From a bacterium (GTDB lineage Bacteria > UBA8248): a stretch of 64,000 bases of DNA. Location of the stretch: positions 416,001 through 480,000 of the forward strand of contig OZ241996.1 of assembly GCA_965204535.1 (NCBI GenBank). The letters run 5' to 3'. Within the stretch, counting starts at the first letter, position 1. Every line of letters begins with the position of its first letter. Shown here piece after piece: positions 20,426 through 31,379 of the stretch. Below the pieces are notes generated by a model. The model did not search any database and had not been told where the DNA came from. It saw nothing but the letters and a program-made list of their open reading frames with translations. The position numbers were made by a program, and so were the translations under genes.

Positions 20426-20575
20426 CCGTAAACTCCGTGGAATTGGAATCTATTATGAACGCAGATTACATCAGGATGCTCGTTGCCGGATAGTCAGCGC
20501 AAGAAAATGCCCGCTTCCTCGCCAGAGAGCATCGAATCCATTATCCTCTTTTTCATTTTGAGGTCGGGGGATTTC

Positions 20576-21829
20576 ATGACGAAGCGCGGCGGGGCGTCAA
20601 CTCATTGGCTTTGGGCGATTTGCGCGGCCCAGGTGCCGATGATGTTCGTCTATGCGAATTATGTGGCGGCGCTTCCGCTGTTCAAGGCGGAATGGAACCT
20701 CACGAACGTGCAGGCCGGCACGATTTATACGGCGTTTTACGTGGGCTACATTCTCGCCGCGGCCGTGCTGGCGACCGCAACGGACTACATGAGCGCGAAA
20801 AAGATATATCTGGCCTCGAGCCTTTGGCTGACGCTCCTGAATTTCATGTTCCCGCTTCTTGCTGATGGCTTCATCAGCGCTTCGGTGTTTCGAGGTCTCA
20901 CTGGCGTAGGACTGGCCGGCACCTATGCGCCTGCGCTTCGGCTGGTGGCGGAGTACGCCCCGGAAGGGAGACGCGCCCGCATGGTGGGAATTTACACGTT
21001 TTTTTACACCGTGGGTGTCGCCACATCGATTTATGTGACGGGTGTGCTTGTCGCGAATTTCGAATGGCGCACGGCGTTCGCGTTGACGTCTCTGGGTCCC
21101 GCAATCGGTTTTCTTGCCATGATGTTTTTTCTCCCGCCTCTGCCCTCACCGAGAGGGGATGGAGACGCCGGGTTTGAGTTCCCCAGGCTGCCGGCTCCGG
21201 TGTGGGTGCTCATGGGCGTTGTGGGCGCGCACAGGTGGGAGGTATTCGCGTTCAGGGGCTGGATAGTCACCTTCCTGGCGGCTTCCCTTGTAATGTCGGG
21301 AGCGGAGACGCGCGAGAGCGCCCTGCAAGTCGCGTCCTCATCCGCCGCCATGATCATCGGGCTGAGCGCCGTCTCGAAGCTCATTGGCGGCTGGTTCGCC
21401 GACCGCATCGGCAGGCCGCCCACGATTACCGCGAGTCTTTTTCTGAGCGGCCTCATTTCGGTTTCCATCGGGCTCGCATTCGGAGCGCCTTTCTCCATAT
21501 TGCAGATTCTGTGCCTGGTCTGGGTGATCGTGATGCACGTGGACGCTCCCGTGCTGGTGGTGTTGACCACGGAACTCACGCCCAGACGCCACCTCGGCTC
21601 CGCATTGGGAATCCAGTCGGGCTTGGGCTTTCTGCTCGGCTCCCTCTCGCCCATGGTGGTGGGGAAATTCCTGGACATGAGCAACGACTCGGGCGATGGG
21701 GCACTTCCCGTGAATTGGGACTGGGCGTTCATCGGGCCGGGAGTCGCGGCGATCCTGGGAGGGATCGCCACCATTTTTGTCGCCCGGCGTTTTATCGCCA
21801 GAGGTAAACTTCAAGAGGGCGAAGCATAG
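20576..21829 (+). CDS. MFS transporter
   Basis: About 12 TM helices; GWFADRIGR motif A. Confidence 0.85.
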   Translation: MTKRGGASTHWLWAICAAQVPMMFVYANYVAALPLFKAEWNLTNVQAGTIYTAFYVGYILAAAVLATATDYMSAKKIYLASSLWLTLLNFMFPLLADGFISASVFRGLTGVGLAGTYAPALRLVAEYAPEGRRARMVGIYTFFYTVGVATSIYVTGVLVANFEWRTAFALTSLGPAIGFLAMMFFLPPLPSPRGDGDAGFEFPRLPAPVWVLMGVVGAHRWEVFAFRGWIVTFLAASLVMSGAETRESALQVASSSAAMIIGLSAVSKLIGGWFADRIGRPPTITASLFLSGLISVSIGLAFGAPFSILQILCLVWVIVMHVDAPVLVVLTTELTPRRHLGSALGIQSGLGFLLGSLSPMVVGKFLDMSNDSGDGALPVNWDWAFIGPGVAAILGGIATIFVARRFIARGKLQEGEA

Positions 21830-21894
21830 GTTTCACAGACATGAATATCTCCAAGCGTTCTTTATGTGAAGCTCCAGGGCGCAATTGCGTCTGC

Positions 21895-21922
21895 TTGACG
21901 ATACGTGCAGTTTTGATATGAT
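21895..21922 (+). promoter_or_regulatory. Sigma70-type promoter of the ABC operon
   Basis: TTGACG-16 bp-TATGAT with extended TG. Confidence 0.55.
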
Positions 21923-22044
21923 TCGCCTTACCTTTTGAGACATCTTACATTTTAGCTTGTGGGTAGACAGAACGTACTCTGAAGATTCTTGAAATTGAGA
22001 CTCTTCGCACTCTTTTGGACTGCTAATTCAAAAAGCAGAGGAGA

Positions 22045-23064
22045 ATGAAAATGCTAAAAGGAATCATTGCTGGTCTGTTGGCGGTGGCTCTTCTGAGTGC
22101 ACCGGCGTTCGCCGCGGATGATGCGACCATGCGCGCTGCCAAGAAAGAGGGGAAAGTAACTTGGTATTCCTCTATCACGCTGAATATCGCGCAGCATATA
22201 TGCAACAACTTCAACAAGAAAAAGATGGGCGTTCAGTGCGTTCTTCACCGCGACGGCTCGGGCAAACTCTACCGTCGTTATCTGCAGGAGCGCAAAGGCG
22301 GAATTTACGTCGCCGACGTAGTGCACACGTCGAACCTGGGGCACTTCCTGAACCTGAAAGCCAAGAAGATCATCACGCCCTACAAGCCGGCCGGAACGGA
22401 CAACTTCAACGAGAAGTTTGTCACCAAGGACAATTACTGGACGATTCTCCGCGCGGGCGTGTTGATGCCTTTCTACAACACCAAGAAAATCAGCGCGAAG
22501 GATGCGCCGAAAACGTACAAGGATTTTCTCGACCCCAAATGGAAGGGCAAAATCGTTCACTCGCATCCGAGCTACAGCGGATTCGTCACGAACGGCATGA
22601 TCAACATCGTGAACAAATTCGGTTGGGATTATTATAAGGCAATGGCCAAGCAAAAGCCCAAAATCGTGCAATCGGCGGCCGGCGGCATTCCTCTCGTAGC
22701 GCGCGGGGAATCTTGGCTGGGAGCGGGCACGACATCATATTCGCTGCTCAAGCTGATCCAGAAAGGCGAGCCGCTCAAGCCCATCGTTCCGCCTGCGGGT
22801 CTGGCTTTGGTGACTTCGCCGAACGGCGTTTTCACGAAAGCGCCGAACCCCAACGCCGCGCGCGTGTTTACCGATTACCTGTTCACCTTGGAGAACATGC
22901 AGCTTCTGGCGGACTACTTCCTCTACGTGGGCAATCCCGATGTGAAGTATCCAAAGGCGTTGCCGGCGCTCAAGGACATCAACCTGATGGCCATCGGCGG
23001 TGCGGAACTGAAGAAGAAAAACAAGCCGACGCGCAAGATGTTCAAGAAGCTCTTCGGCGTGTAA
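22045..23064 (+). CDS. ABC substrate-binding protein (Fe3+/thiamine/polyamine-like class)
   Basis: Signal peptide; AKKEGKVTWYSS, DPKWKGK and APNPNAARVFTDY motifs. Confidence 0.85.
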   Translation: MKMLKGIIAGLLAVALLSAPAFAADDATMRAAKKEGKVTWYSSITLNIAQHICNNFNKKKMGVQCVLHRDGSGKLYRRYLQERKGGIYVADVVHTSNLGHFLNLKAKKIITPYKPAGTDNFNEKFVTKDNYWTILRAGVLMPFYNTKKISAKDAPKTYKDFLDPKWKGKIVHSHPSYSGFVTNGMINIVNKFGWDYYKAMAKQKPKIVQSAAGGIPLVARGESWLGAGTTSYSLLKLIQKGEPLKPIVPPAGLALVTSPNGVFTKAPNPNAARVFTDYLFTLENMQLLADYFLYVGNPDVKYPKALPALKDINLMAIGGAELKKKNKPTRKMFKKLFGV

Positions 23065-23075
23065 ATCAAGTATGA

Positions 23076-23117
23076 GCGGGAGCGGTTTCTTGCGTAATAT
23101 CGAGAAACCGCTCCCGT
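23076..23117 (+). promoter_or_regulatory. Intercistronic stem-loop between SBP and permease genes
   Basis: GCGGGAGCGGTTTCT-loop-AGAAACCGCTCCCGT; typical of SBP mRNA stabilisation or partial termination. Confidence 0.65.
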
Positions 23118-23181
23118 TTCGTTGCTTTGATGGTTGTATTGCTCTGAGAATCACTTAGCGCCTGGAAGGATACGTGCCCAT

Positions 23182-24927
23182 ATGACGCAAGATGCGCAAC
23201 AGCTTCCCGGAACGATATCGGGAGGCGAGCCCTCGGCCACCAGGAAATTCGACTATACCGTAATCGTCTGGGTAGTACTGCTTATCCTGCTAATTATCCT
23301 GGTGGCGAATCCCATCTTCCAGCTTTTTAAGGAAAGTTTCTTCGTTTCTGAAGATGAGGCCGGCGGTTTCACCTTCCAGAATTATATCGACGCTTTCGAG
23401 ACCGATGAATACTACAAGCCGATGTACATCACGATGATGCTCGCCGTCTCCGTGGGTAGCATATCCCTGGTGGTGGGAGCCGTGATGGCCTGGGTGGTCA
23501 GCCGAACGGACATCCCTTGTCCGAATCTGATCAGGAACGGCATCCTGGCTTCTTTTGTGACGCCTCCCTTCCTGGGCGCCATTGCCTGGATATTCCTGGC
23601 GGGGCAAAACGAGGGGTGGCTGAATAAATGGATTCGCGGGTTATTCGGCTTGAGTGATGAGTTTTACCTGTTCGACATCTTCACGATGAAGGGCGTCATA
23701 TTCGCCATGTCGCTCTACACGTTTCCACTCGTCTTTATCGTCGTTTTAGCGGGCCTGAACAATATCTCATCAGACGTCGAAGACGCGGCCAACGTGGCAG
23801 GCGGCGGCACGTTCCACACCATGTTCAGCATCACTTTGCCGCTCGTGGCGCCCTCTCTGTTCGCGGGTTTCATACTGGCGGCGCTCGAAGCGATGATTCT
23901 TTTCGGCATCCCGGCGGTATTGGCGATTCCGGCCGGCCAGCACACGATGACGACCCAGCTTCGTGCTTTCATGGTGTCGGAAGACGATCTGCTCGGATTG
24001 GCCTCGGCCTACGCAATGCCCATGCTGATTCTGGCGATCGGCATGGTCTGGACGCGGGGCATCGTATTGGGCCGCAGAGGCTACGCCACCGTCGGCGGCA
24101 AGGGAGGGCAGAGGCGGCCGCAAAAGCTGGGCGTTTGGCGGATCCCGATATTCATACTCTGCATGATTCCGCTCGTATGCGCGATTGTGCTGCCCGCTAT
24201 GGCTTTGCTGACCACGTCGTTCATGAAGAACCTGGGTGGCGGACTGGTATGGTCAAACCTCACCTTATGGAATTATCATTTCATCCTGACGAACGATGCG
24301 GTGAGAGTGTCGATATACAATACGATTCTCCTGGCCATCATGGCGGCGACCGGGGCCACGATCGTGGCTGCGATTTCCGCTTTCATCGCACAGCGCAAGC
24401 TCATCAAGGGCCATCAATATATGGGATTCATGGCGACCGCGCCCATCGGGATTCCCGGCATTGTCCTGGCGGTAGGTCTTTTCGCGGCTTATACCAAGCA
24501 GCCTTTTGTTCTGTATGGGACGCTTTGGATCATGTTCCTGGCGTATCTCACCAAGTACCTGCCCCTTGCGTATCAGACGTCGAACGCGGGTCTCTCGAGC
24601 ATTCATCCCGAACTCGAGGAGAGTTGCCGCATCATGGGGGCGAATCGGCTTCAGGTTTTCAAGGACGTGACGGTGCCGCTGTTCAAGACGGCCGTCATCG
24701 CCTCATGGATATTGGTGTTCATGCCCTCGCTCAGGGAATTGAGCGCCTCGGTTCTGCTTTGGACGACGAACACGAAGGTCATCTCGGTGGTCATCGTCGA
24801 TTTTTATGAAGAAACGCTGTTGGGGCCCATTTCGGCTTTAGGCGTTTTGCTCCTGCTCATCACTTTGGTGGCGATTGCCGTCGGTTTCCGTTTGGTGGGC
24901 AGGGACTTCATGCGTTCCGCGGGATAG
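23182..24927 (+). CDS. ABC permease, duplicated FbpB/ThiP type
   Basis: Two EAA loops (VEDAANVAGG and LEESCRIMGA). Confidence 0.88.
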   Translation: MTQDAQQLPGTISGGEPSATRKFDYTVIVWVVLLILLIILVANPIFQLFKESFFVSEDEAGGFTFQNYIDAFETDEYYKPMYITMMLAVSVGSISLVVGAVMAWVVSRTDIPCPNLIRNGILASFVTPPFLGAIAWIFLAGQNEGWLNKWIRGLFGLSDEFYLFDIFTMKGVIFAMSLYTFPLVFIVVLAGLNNISSDVEDAANVAGGGTFHTMFSITLPLVAPSLFAGFILAALEAMILFGIPAVLAIPAGQHTMTTQLRAFMVSEDDLLGLASAYAMPMLILAIGMVWTRGIVLGRRGYATVGGKGGQRRPQKLGVWRIPIFILCMIPLVCAIVLPAMALLTTSFMKNLGGGLVWSNLTLWNYHFILTNDAVRVSIYNTILLAIMAATGATIVAAISAFIAQRKLIKGHQYMGFMATAPIGIPGIVLAVGLFAAYTKQPFVLYGTLWIMFLAYLTKYLPLAYQTSNAGLSSIHPELEESCRIMGANRLQVFKDVTVPLFKTAVIASWILVFMPSLRELSASVLLWTTNTKVISVVIVDFYEETLLGPISALGVLLLLITLVAIAVGFRLVGRDFMRSAG

Positions 24928-24943
24928 AGAAGGGAGATTTGCG

Positions 24944-26023
<1,080 letters not shown>

Positions 26024-26033
26024 AGCCTCATCG

Positions 26034-26996
26034 ATGCAAATCGTTATTCCAGACGATTGCTTCCGCTTGTTTGAAGACTCCGAAGCCCTCGGGCGCCTGC
26101 GCACCTTGGGCGACGTGCATTACTACACCGAGAATGCTGAGAGCGAAGTATCGCTCCGCGAGCGCCTGAAAGAAGCGGAAATCATCCTCACGACCAGGTA
26201 CCAGACTGACTTCAAGACAACCGATTTACTGGATCACATTCCTCATCTCAAGATGATTTCCGTGATGGGCACGCGCCCGCGCATGATCGACATGGCTCGC
26301 GCGAACGAGCGCGGGATTGTGGTGAGCACCACGCCTGCCGCAAGCGCCTTTTCGGTGGCCGAGCACACGATGATGCTGATCCTGGCGTTGGCGAAAAGAA
26401 TGCCGCTCATGTTCCCCGCCATGAAGGGGGGTGGCTGGCCGCAGGATCCAGGAGTCGAACTTGCCGGGAAGACGCTGGGACTCATCGGTTTCGGTCACAT
26501 AGCTCGTCTGGTTTGCCGCATGGCCTTGGGTTTCGGTATGCGGGTTATCACATGTTCTCCTTCGATGACGCCGGAGCGCGCGCAGGCGGAGGGGGCGGAA
26601 GCGGCAACTGTGGAGGAATGCCTCGCGTCTGATGTGGTATCGCTCCAACTTCATTTGCCGGCGGGCGCAGCACCCTTCATGACGCGAGAGAAATTCGCCC
26701 GGATGAAAAAGACGGCGTTTTTCGTCAACACGGCGCGCGCTCAGTATGTGGATGAGGATGCGCTGCTGGATGCCCTGCAAAACAGACGCATCGCAGGAGC
26801 CGGTCTCGACGTTTTCGAGCCTTTCGAGCCGTTGCCGGAAGAATCTGTATATCGAACTCTCGATAACGTCGTCATCACGCCGCATTCGGCCTGGATTACC
26901 GATGGCACGTATGCGAGGTTCCGCGACGTGCCGGTAGCGAACATCGAAGCGTTCTTGAGGGGTGCACCCGTAAACGTTGTCAGAGAAGACGCGTAA
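26034..26996 (+). CDS. D-2-hydroxyacid dehydrogenase family
   Basis: SVAEH, GLIGFGHIA, NTARA, GLDVF and ITPHSA motifs. Confidence 0.88.
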   Translation: MQIVIPDDCFRLFEDSEALGRLRTLGDVHYYTENAESEVSLRERLKEAEIILTTRYQTDFKTTDLLDHIPHLKMISVMGTRPRMIDMARANERGIVVSTTPAASAFSVAEHTMMLILALAKRMPLMFPAMKGGGWPQDPGVELAGKTLGLIGFGHIARLVCRMALGFGMRVITCSPSMTPERAQAEGAEAATVEECLASDVVSLQLHLPAGAAPFMTREKFARMKKTAFFVNTARAQYVDEDALLDALQNRRIAGAGLDVFEPFEPLPEESVYRTLDNVVITPHSAWITDGTYARFRDVPVANIEAFLRGAPVNVVREDA

Positions 26997-27010
26997 GAAA
27001 CCAGACGCAC

Positions 27011-27047
27011 CCGCCCCGGCAGTTGATAAGTGCCGGGGCGGTTTTTT
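27011..27047 (+). terminator. Rho-independent terminator
   Basis: CCGCCCCGGCA-loop-TGCCGGGGCGG followed by TTTTTT. Confidence 0.85.
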
Positions 27048-27051
27048 CTTT

Positions 27052-27732
27052 TTACTCTTTTTTGATCAATATGTTGTTGTAAACCAGCGCCGCCGCCACG
27101 CCGCCGATGATCGGCCCTATCCAGTAGACGAGGTGATTGATGCCGTCGAAGCCGCCTCCGGCCAGTGCGGGACCGAACGTGCGGGCCGGATTCATGGATG
27201 CGCCCGTGAGTGGGCCACCCATCAAAATGTCTGCGGCGATGGTGAGGCCGATCGCGAAACCGCCCACGTCGGGGTGTCTGTCGTCCACGGCGGAGCCCCA
27301 GATAGCGGTGACAAGGAAGAACGTGAGGATGATTTCGATCAGAATCCCCATGCCGAAGCTCACGTCACTTGCCAGCGTCGGTGTTCCCAGGTTCACCTTT
27401 TGCCAGACGTCGGCGGCAAAGATGATTCTCAACAGGATGCCGGCCACGGTTCCGCCCACGAGTTGGCTGATGATGTAGGAGATACCCGTGCCGCTGTCTG
27501 TTTTTTTGGTCACCATGAAGCCGATCGTGACTGCAGGATTGAAATGACCGCCCGAGACGTGCCCCATGGCGGAAATCATGACCGAGAGGATCAAACCATG
27601 GGCCAAGGCGATGCCGATTAAACCTACGGCTCCGCCCGTTTTCTGATTCAAGATGATGGAGCCCGCGCCGATGAAGCACAGTGCAAACGTGCCGATGGCT
27701 TCTGCTACGCAGGCCCTTCCTGTAGGACTCAT
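27052..27732 (-). CDS. Aquaporin (MIP family)
   Basis: SGGHFNPAVT and SMNPARTFGP NPA boxes; AAGGAG RBS before ATG 27732. Confidence 0.95.
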   Translation of the reverse strand: MSPTGRACVAEAIGTFALCFIGAGSIILNQKTGGAVGLIGIALAHGLILSVMISAMGHVSGGHFNPAVTIGFMVTKKTDSGTGISYIISQLVGGTVAGILLRIIFAADVWQKVNLGTPTLASDVSFGMGILIEIILTFFLVTAIWGSAVDDRHPDVGGFAIGLTIAADILMGGPLTGASMNPARTFGPALAGGGFDGINHLVYWIGPIIGGVAAALVYNNILIKKE

Positions 27733-27849
27733 TTTTTTCTCCTTGACCATTCGGGCGAAAAATTGAAGGAATCTTCATGCCGCTATTGACACAAGCAGAT
27801 GGTCTCCGGGTAAAGAAAATGGCCTATTCCAAAGTCTCATTATAGCAAA

Positions 27850-28809
27850 TCATGATGAATGCACCACGTTTTGCGGGTTGCCCGAGAGTGCGGCGGCAAT
27901 GTTTTCCACCGACATCAAAAGTCCCGCTTCGGTAACCTCAGGTGTGATGCCTGCATTGTGCGGGGAGAGAACCACGTTTTTCAGTTTCCCGATCGGATGG
28001 TTCGGGGGCAGAGGCTCCTGATCGAATACGTCAAGACCTGCCGCAGCCAAGGCCCCGCTTTCCAATGCCGCTATGAGCGCTTCTTCATCCACGATAGGCC
28101 CCCGCGCGGTGTTCACCAAAATGGTATCCGGCCCCATGCGGGAGAATGCCTCGGCGCCGATCATGCCGATGGTGTCCGCCGATTGCCGTACGTGAATCGA
28201 GACGACGTCGGCCTGCTCATACAAAGTGTTCAAATCGACGAACTCCAGCCCTGCTTCTGCGGCGAAATCATCGTCCGGATGAAACGTCCAGGCGATGAGC
28301 TTCATTCCGACCCCGGCGGCGATGCGGGCCGTCTGGCGGCCGATGGCGCCAAGGCCGATGAGGCCGAGCGTTTTTCCGTGCAATTGCGTCATCTGTCCCC
28401 GTGGCCACTCGCCCGTCCGTATGGCGGAATCATTGACGGGTATCTGGCGCGCGGCCGCCATCATCAGGGCCAGGGTGTGTTCCGCCACGGAAACGGCGGC
28501 CACTCCAGGTGTGTTCGATACGATGACGCCTGCGCTCTCGGCTGCCTTCAAATCGACGTGATCCGTGCCCGTGCCCCAGATCGAAAGTACCTTGAGACCG
28601 CCGCAATTCGAGAAAAAATCCGCGTCGAACTTGCAAAAAGCCCGGATGTTGATGATGCCATCCGCCCCGGTGACGCGTTTTAGCAGTTCTTCTGACGTCT
28701 GTGGGTTGGAGGTATGGATTTCCGCATCCCCGATCTCCCGCAGACGGGTCTCTGCGGAACTGCCGGTGAAAACGGAAGGGTAGTCATCCGGTACGACGAT
28801 TCGGTTCAC
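27850..28809 (-). CDS. D-2-hydroxyacid/phosphoglycerate dehydrogenase family
   Basis: GTG start (NRIVVPDDY); GTGTDHVD, GLGAIG, NTARGPIVDE and LSPHNA motifs; the 563-aa ORF extension is the OsmC antisense strand. Confidence 0.88.
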   Translation of the reverse strand: MNRIVVPDDYPSVFTGSSAETRLREIGDAEIHTSNPQTSEELLKRVTGADGIINIRAFCKFDADFFSNCGGLKVLSIWGTGTDHVDLKAAESAGVIVSNTPGVAAVSVAEHTLALMMAAARQIPVNDSAIRTGEWPRGQMTQLHGKTLGLIGLGAIGRQTARIAAGVGMKLIAWTFHPDDDFAAEAGLEFVDLNTLYEQADVVSIHVRQSADTIGMIGAEAFSRMGPDTILVNTARGPIVDEEALIAALESGALAAAGLDVFDQEPLPPNHPIGKLKNVVLSPHNAGITPEVTEAGLLMSVENIAAALSGNPQNVVHSS

Positions 28810-28926
28810 GAAATAGCCCCTTATACGAAAGAAAATGTAAGCTTTGGAGGTTCTCTTACGTCGCCCTTGCGTGCATAATAACGTTTTTCTGCTGCCATTC
28901 TTATGACACCGAAGGAGACAAGACAA

Positions 28927-29481
28927 GTGGAACCTCTCGATCCGCGTAAAGACAGCGCTGTTCCCGGTGAACGCGCCATCGACAAGCCCGAACTTCCCAC
29001 CCAGGGCTATGCTTTCACCATGTCCGCCGACACCGAAACGATAGAGGGTAAGGGCCAGCTCAAACTGGGGACACACAGACACTTCGAAGTGTATTGCGAT
29101 GAACCGCCCCGCATCGGCGGGGAAGACTCCTACCCCCAACCGCTTTGCTACATTGCCATGGGGGTGGGGTTCTGACTGCTCACCCAGCTTGCGCGGTACG
29201 CGCATATGATGAAAGTGTCCTTCACGCGCGCCAAGGTGCACGTGGATTTCGATTATTTCTTGCAGGGTTCCGTTCTCAAGGGAACGGTGAATGCCGGATG
29301 CAACGAGGTGCGTACGCACTTTGAAGTGGAATCCGATGAACCGGCGGAGAAAATACTGGCAGTCATCAAAAATGCGAAGCAGGGATGTTTCGCCGAGCAA
29401 ATGGTGACGGACGCCGTTCCTCTGAAAAGCACGATGAGCCTGAACGGCGAATCGATCTCTATGAGTGGTATTACGGCGTAA
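28927..29481 (+). CDS. OsmC-like redox protein, probable selenoprotein (in-frame TGA at 29173-29175)
   Basis: Both ORF halves are in one frame; DEPPRIGGEDSYPQP...MGVGF-UGA-LLTQLARYA places UGA at the conserved OsmC Cys; second Cys in QGCFAE; AAGGAG RBS. Confidence 0.82.
29173..29204 (+). promoter_or_regulatory. Candidate bacterial SECIS element
   Basis: TGCGC-GGTAC-GCGCA hairpin (29190-29204) with a G-leading loop about 20 nt after the UGA. Confidence 0.6.
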
Positions 29482-29585
29482 AGCGCCTTGCTCATAACTT
29501 GAAACAGGCCGCAACCGCCGGGGTTTCTCGTCGCCCGTCACTTGAGCCGGGAGAGGAGCGCCTCGTCCCTTAAAGACAGGAAGAT

Positions 29586-31094
29586 TTACGCGGTGTCCGC
29601 GTTCGCCTCGGCGGCGCGCTGACCCGCTGCGGTGCCCGCCAGCCGACCGTATACGGAGCCCAGGGTCAGCCCTGCGCCTCCCGGGTAGTTGAAGTAGTAG
29701 ACGCCGCCCACGAGTTCGCCCGCGGCGAAGAGCCCGGGGATGATCTCGTTTTCGGTGTTCATGACCTCCGCTTTGGGTGTTACGCGGATACCGCCGAAGG
29801 TGAACGTGATGCCCGTGGTAACGGCGAAGCCGAGATAGGGCGGCTCATCGATGGGAAGCGCCCAGTTCGATTTCGGGGGATCGATACCCTGTGTGCATTT
29901 GCCGTCTTTGATCGTCGGGTTGTATTCGCCCGACTGAACGGCGGCGTTGTATTCCTGAACGGTTTTAACGAACTCATCGACATCGATCTCGAGTTGTCCG
30001 GCAAGTTCTTCCAGCGTGTCGGCTTCGGCCTTGGTGACTTCACGGATGCGATATTCGTCGCGCAGCATGTGAACCGTTTTCTGGTCGAAAATCTGAAAAG
30101 CGGCCCGCTGGGGCTGCTGGAGGATGTTTCGGCCGTATTTTGCGTAGGTATAGTTTCTGAAATCGGCCCCCTCATCCACGAAGCGTTTTCCCTCGATATT
30201 CACGATGATGCCGAACGGATAGGAGTGCTTCTGGTAGGACTCTCCTACCGTGAGATCACCGAAGGGCGGGGCGTTCAAATCCCAAGCGACCGCGTGACAG
30301 CCGCTCCAGTTGCCGTAAGGCTGCGCTCCGATATCGAGCGCCATCTTGATGCCGTCGCCCGTGTTGTAGGGAGTGCCGCGCACTTTTGCGAGCTCCCAGC
30401 CCGGCCCCAGGTAGCGGCAGCGCATCTCGGCGTTCGCCTCGAAACCACCCGACGCCAGCACCACACCGTGCGTCTCGATTTCGTAAGGCCCATCGGGGCC
30501 TTTTACTTCGACGCCCGTCACGCCGCCCATCGGGTCCGTGAGCAGGCGCATCGCCTTCGATGCGTAGCGAATCTCGACTCCGGCCTCGTTCGCAGAATCA
30601 AGCAGGGAATCGATGAGACCGCGTCCGCCGCCCACGATCTCGAGAACCAGACCGCCCCAGAAGCGCATCTTGCCGTCCACCTTGAATGCCTGCCGGCCGC
30701 TTGCGAGGATGAGCCGCAAGCCCTTTGATTGCATCCATTTCAGGGTCGGAAACGACTCGTGGATGAGGACGGAGGCAAGGTCGCCGTCAGTCTGGTATTC
30801 GGTCAACAGGGCGAGGTCTTCAAAGAATTTTTCCGATGTGTAGGGGTCGATCTCGATATTTTCTTTCTCGGCGTCGGAAAGGTCCGGTACGAGCGAGTAG
30901 ATGTCCTCGATGCTGTTAAAGGCGAACCGAAACAAGCCTCCCGAGAAAGCCGAATTGCCGCCGCGCCATGCCTCGGGCGCTTTTTCGAGCACCAATACCT
31001 TCGCGCCCTGGTCTCGCGCCGCAAGCGATGCGCAAAGTGCGGCATTGCCGCAACCCACGACGACGACGTCGTATTTCTCTGTAGCATTCGGCAT
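29586..31094 (-). CDS. tcuA: FAD-dependent tricarballylate dehydrogenase TcuA-like
   Basis: VVGCGNAALCA, RGGNSAFSGG, GNWSGCHAVAWD, DEGADFRNYTYAKYG and NYPGGAGL motifs. Confidence 0.78.
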   Translation of the reverse strand: MPNATEKYDVVVVGCGNAALCASLAARDQGAKVLVLEKAPEAWRGGNSAFSGGLFRFAFNSIEDIYSLVPDLSDAEKENIEIDPYTSEKFFEDLALLTEYQTDGDLASVLIHESFPTLKWMQSKGLRLILASGRQAFKVDGKMRFWGGLVLEIVGGGRGLIDSLLDSANEAGVEIRYASKAMRLLTDPMGGVTGVEVKGPDGPYEIETHGVVLASGGFEANAEMRCRYLGPGWELAKVRGTPYNTGDGIKMALDIGAQPYGNWSGCHAVAWDLNAPPFGDLTVGESYQKHSYPFGIIVNIEGKRFVDEGADFRNYTYAKYGRNILQQPQRAAFQIFDQKTVHMLRDEYRIREVTKAEADTLEELAGQLEIDVDEFVKTVQEYNAAVQSGEYNPTIKDGKCTQGIDPPKSNWALPIDEPPYLGFAVTTGITFTFGGIRVTPKAEVMNTENEIIPGLFAAGELVGGVYYFNYPGGAGLTLGSVYGRLAGTAAGQRAAEANADTA

Positions 31095-31316
31095 TTTTCA
31101 AAACCTCCTCGAAGCTTTCCGTAAAAAGCAAATCATGTTTGCGCGGATGCAGGGATGAGACCGTTTCCATGAGGGTTTTCCGTCACTCAGGGAGTCAGGA
31201 AAACTGGCTCCTAACTAACATATTGGCGGAGCCGGGTCAAAAACTCCCGAGATGAGACGACTACTCAAGACATGACGCTATCTCAAGCAGCGTGGCACCA
31301 TCCATTATCTGTTTGC

Positions 31317-31345
31317 TTGACCACGCCGGTCGGCTCCCATAAAAT
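31317..31345 (+). promoter_or_regulatory. Sigma70-type promoter
   Basis: TTGACC-17 bp-TAAAAT upstream of the Fe-S oxidoreductase. Confidence 0.6.
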
Positions 31346-31379
31346 TTCTGCTCAGTTTCCATCCTCATGAAGGAACGTC

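Noticed and set aside
28810-29541. N-terminal extension making a 563-aa dehydrogenase
   Set aside because: It is the antisense strand of the OsmC-like gene; the real start is GTG 28809
31190-31212. Hairpin GGAGTCAG-GAAAA-CTGGCTCC in the tcuA leader
   Set aside because: Short stem with no U tract or known motif; insufficient support
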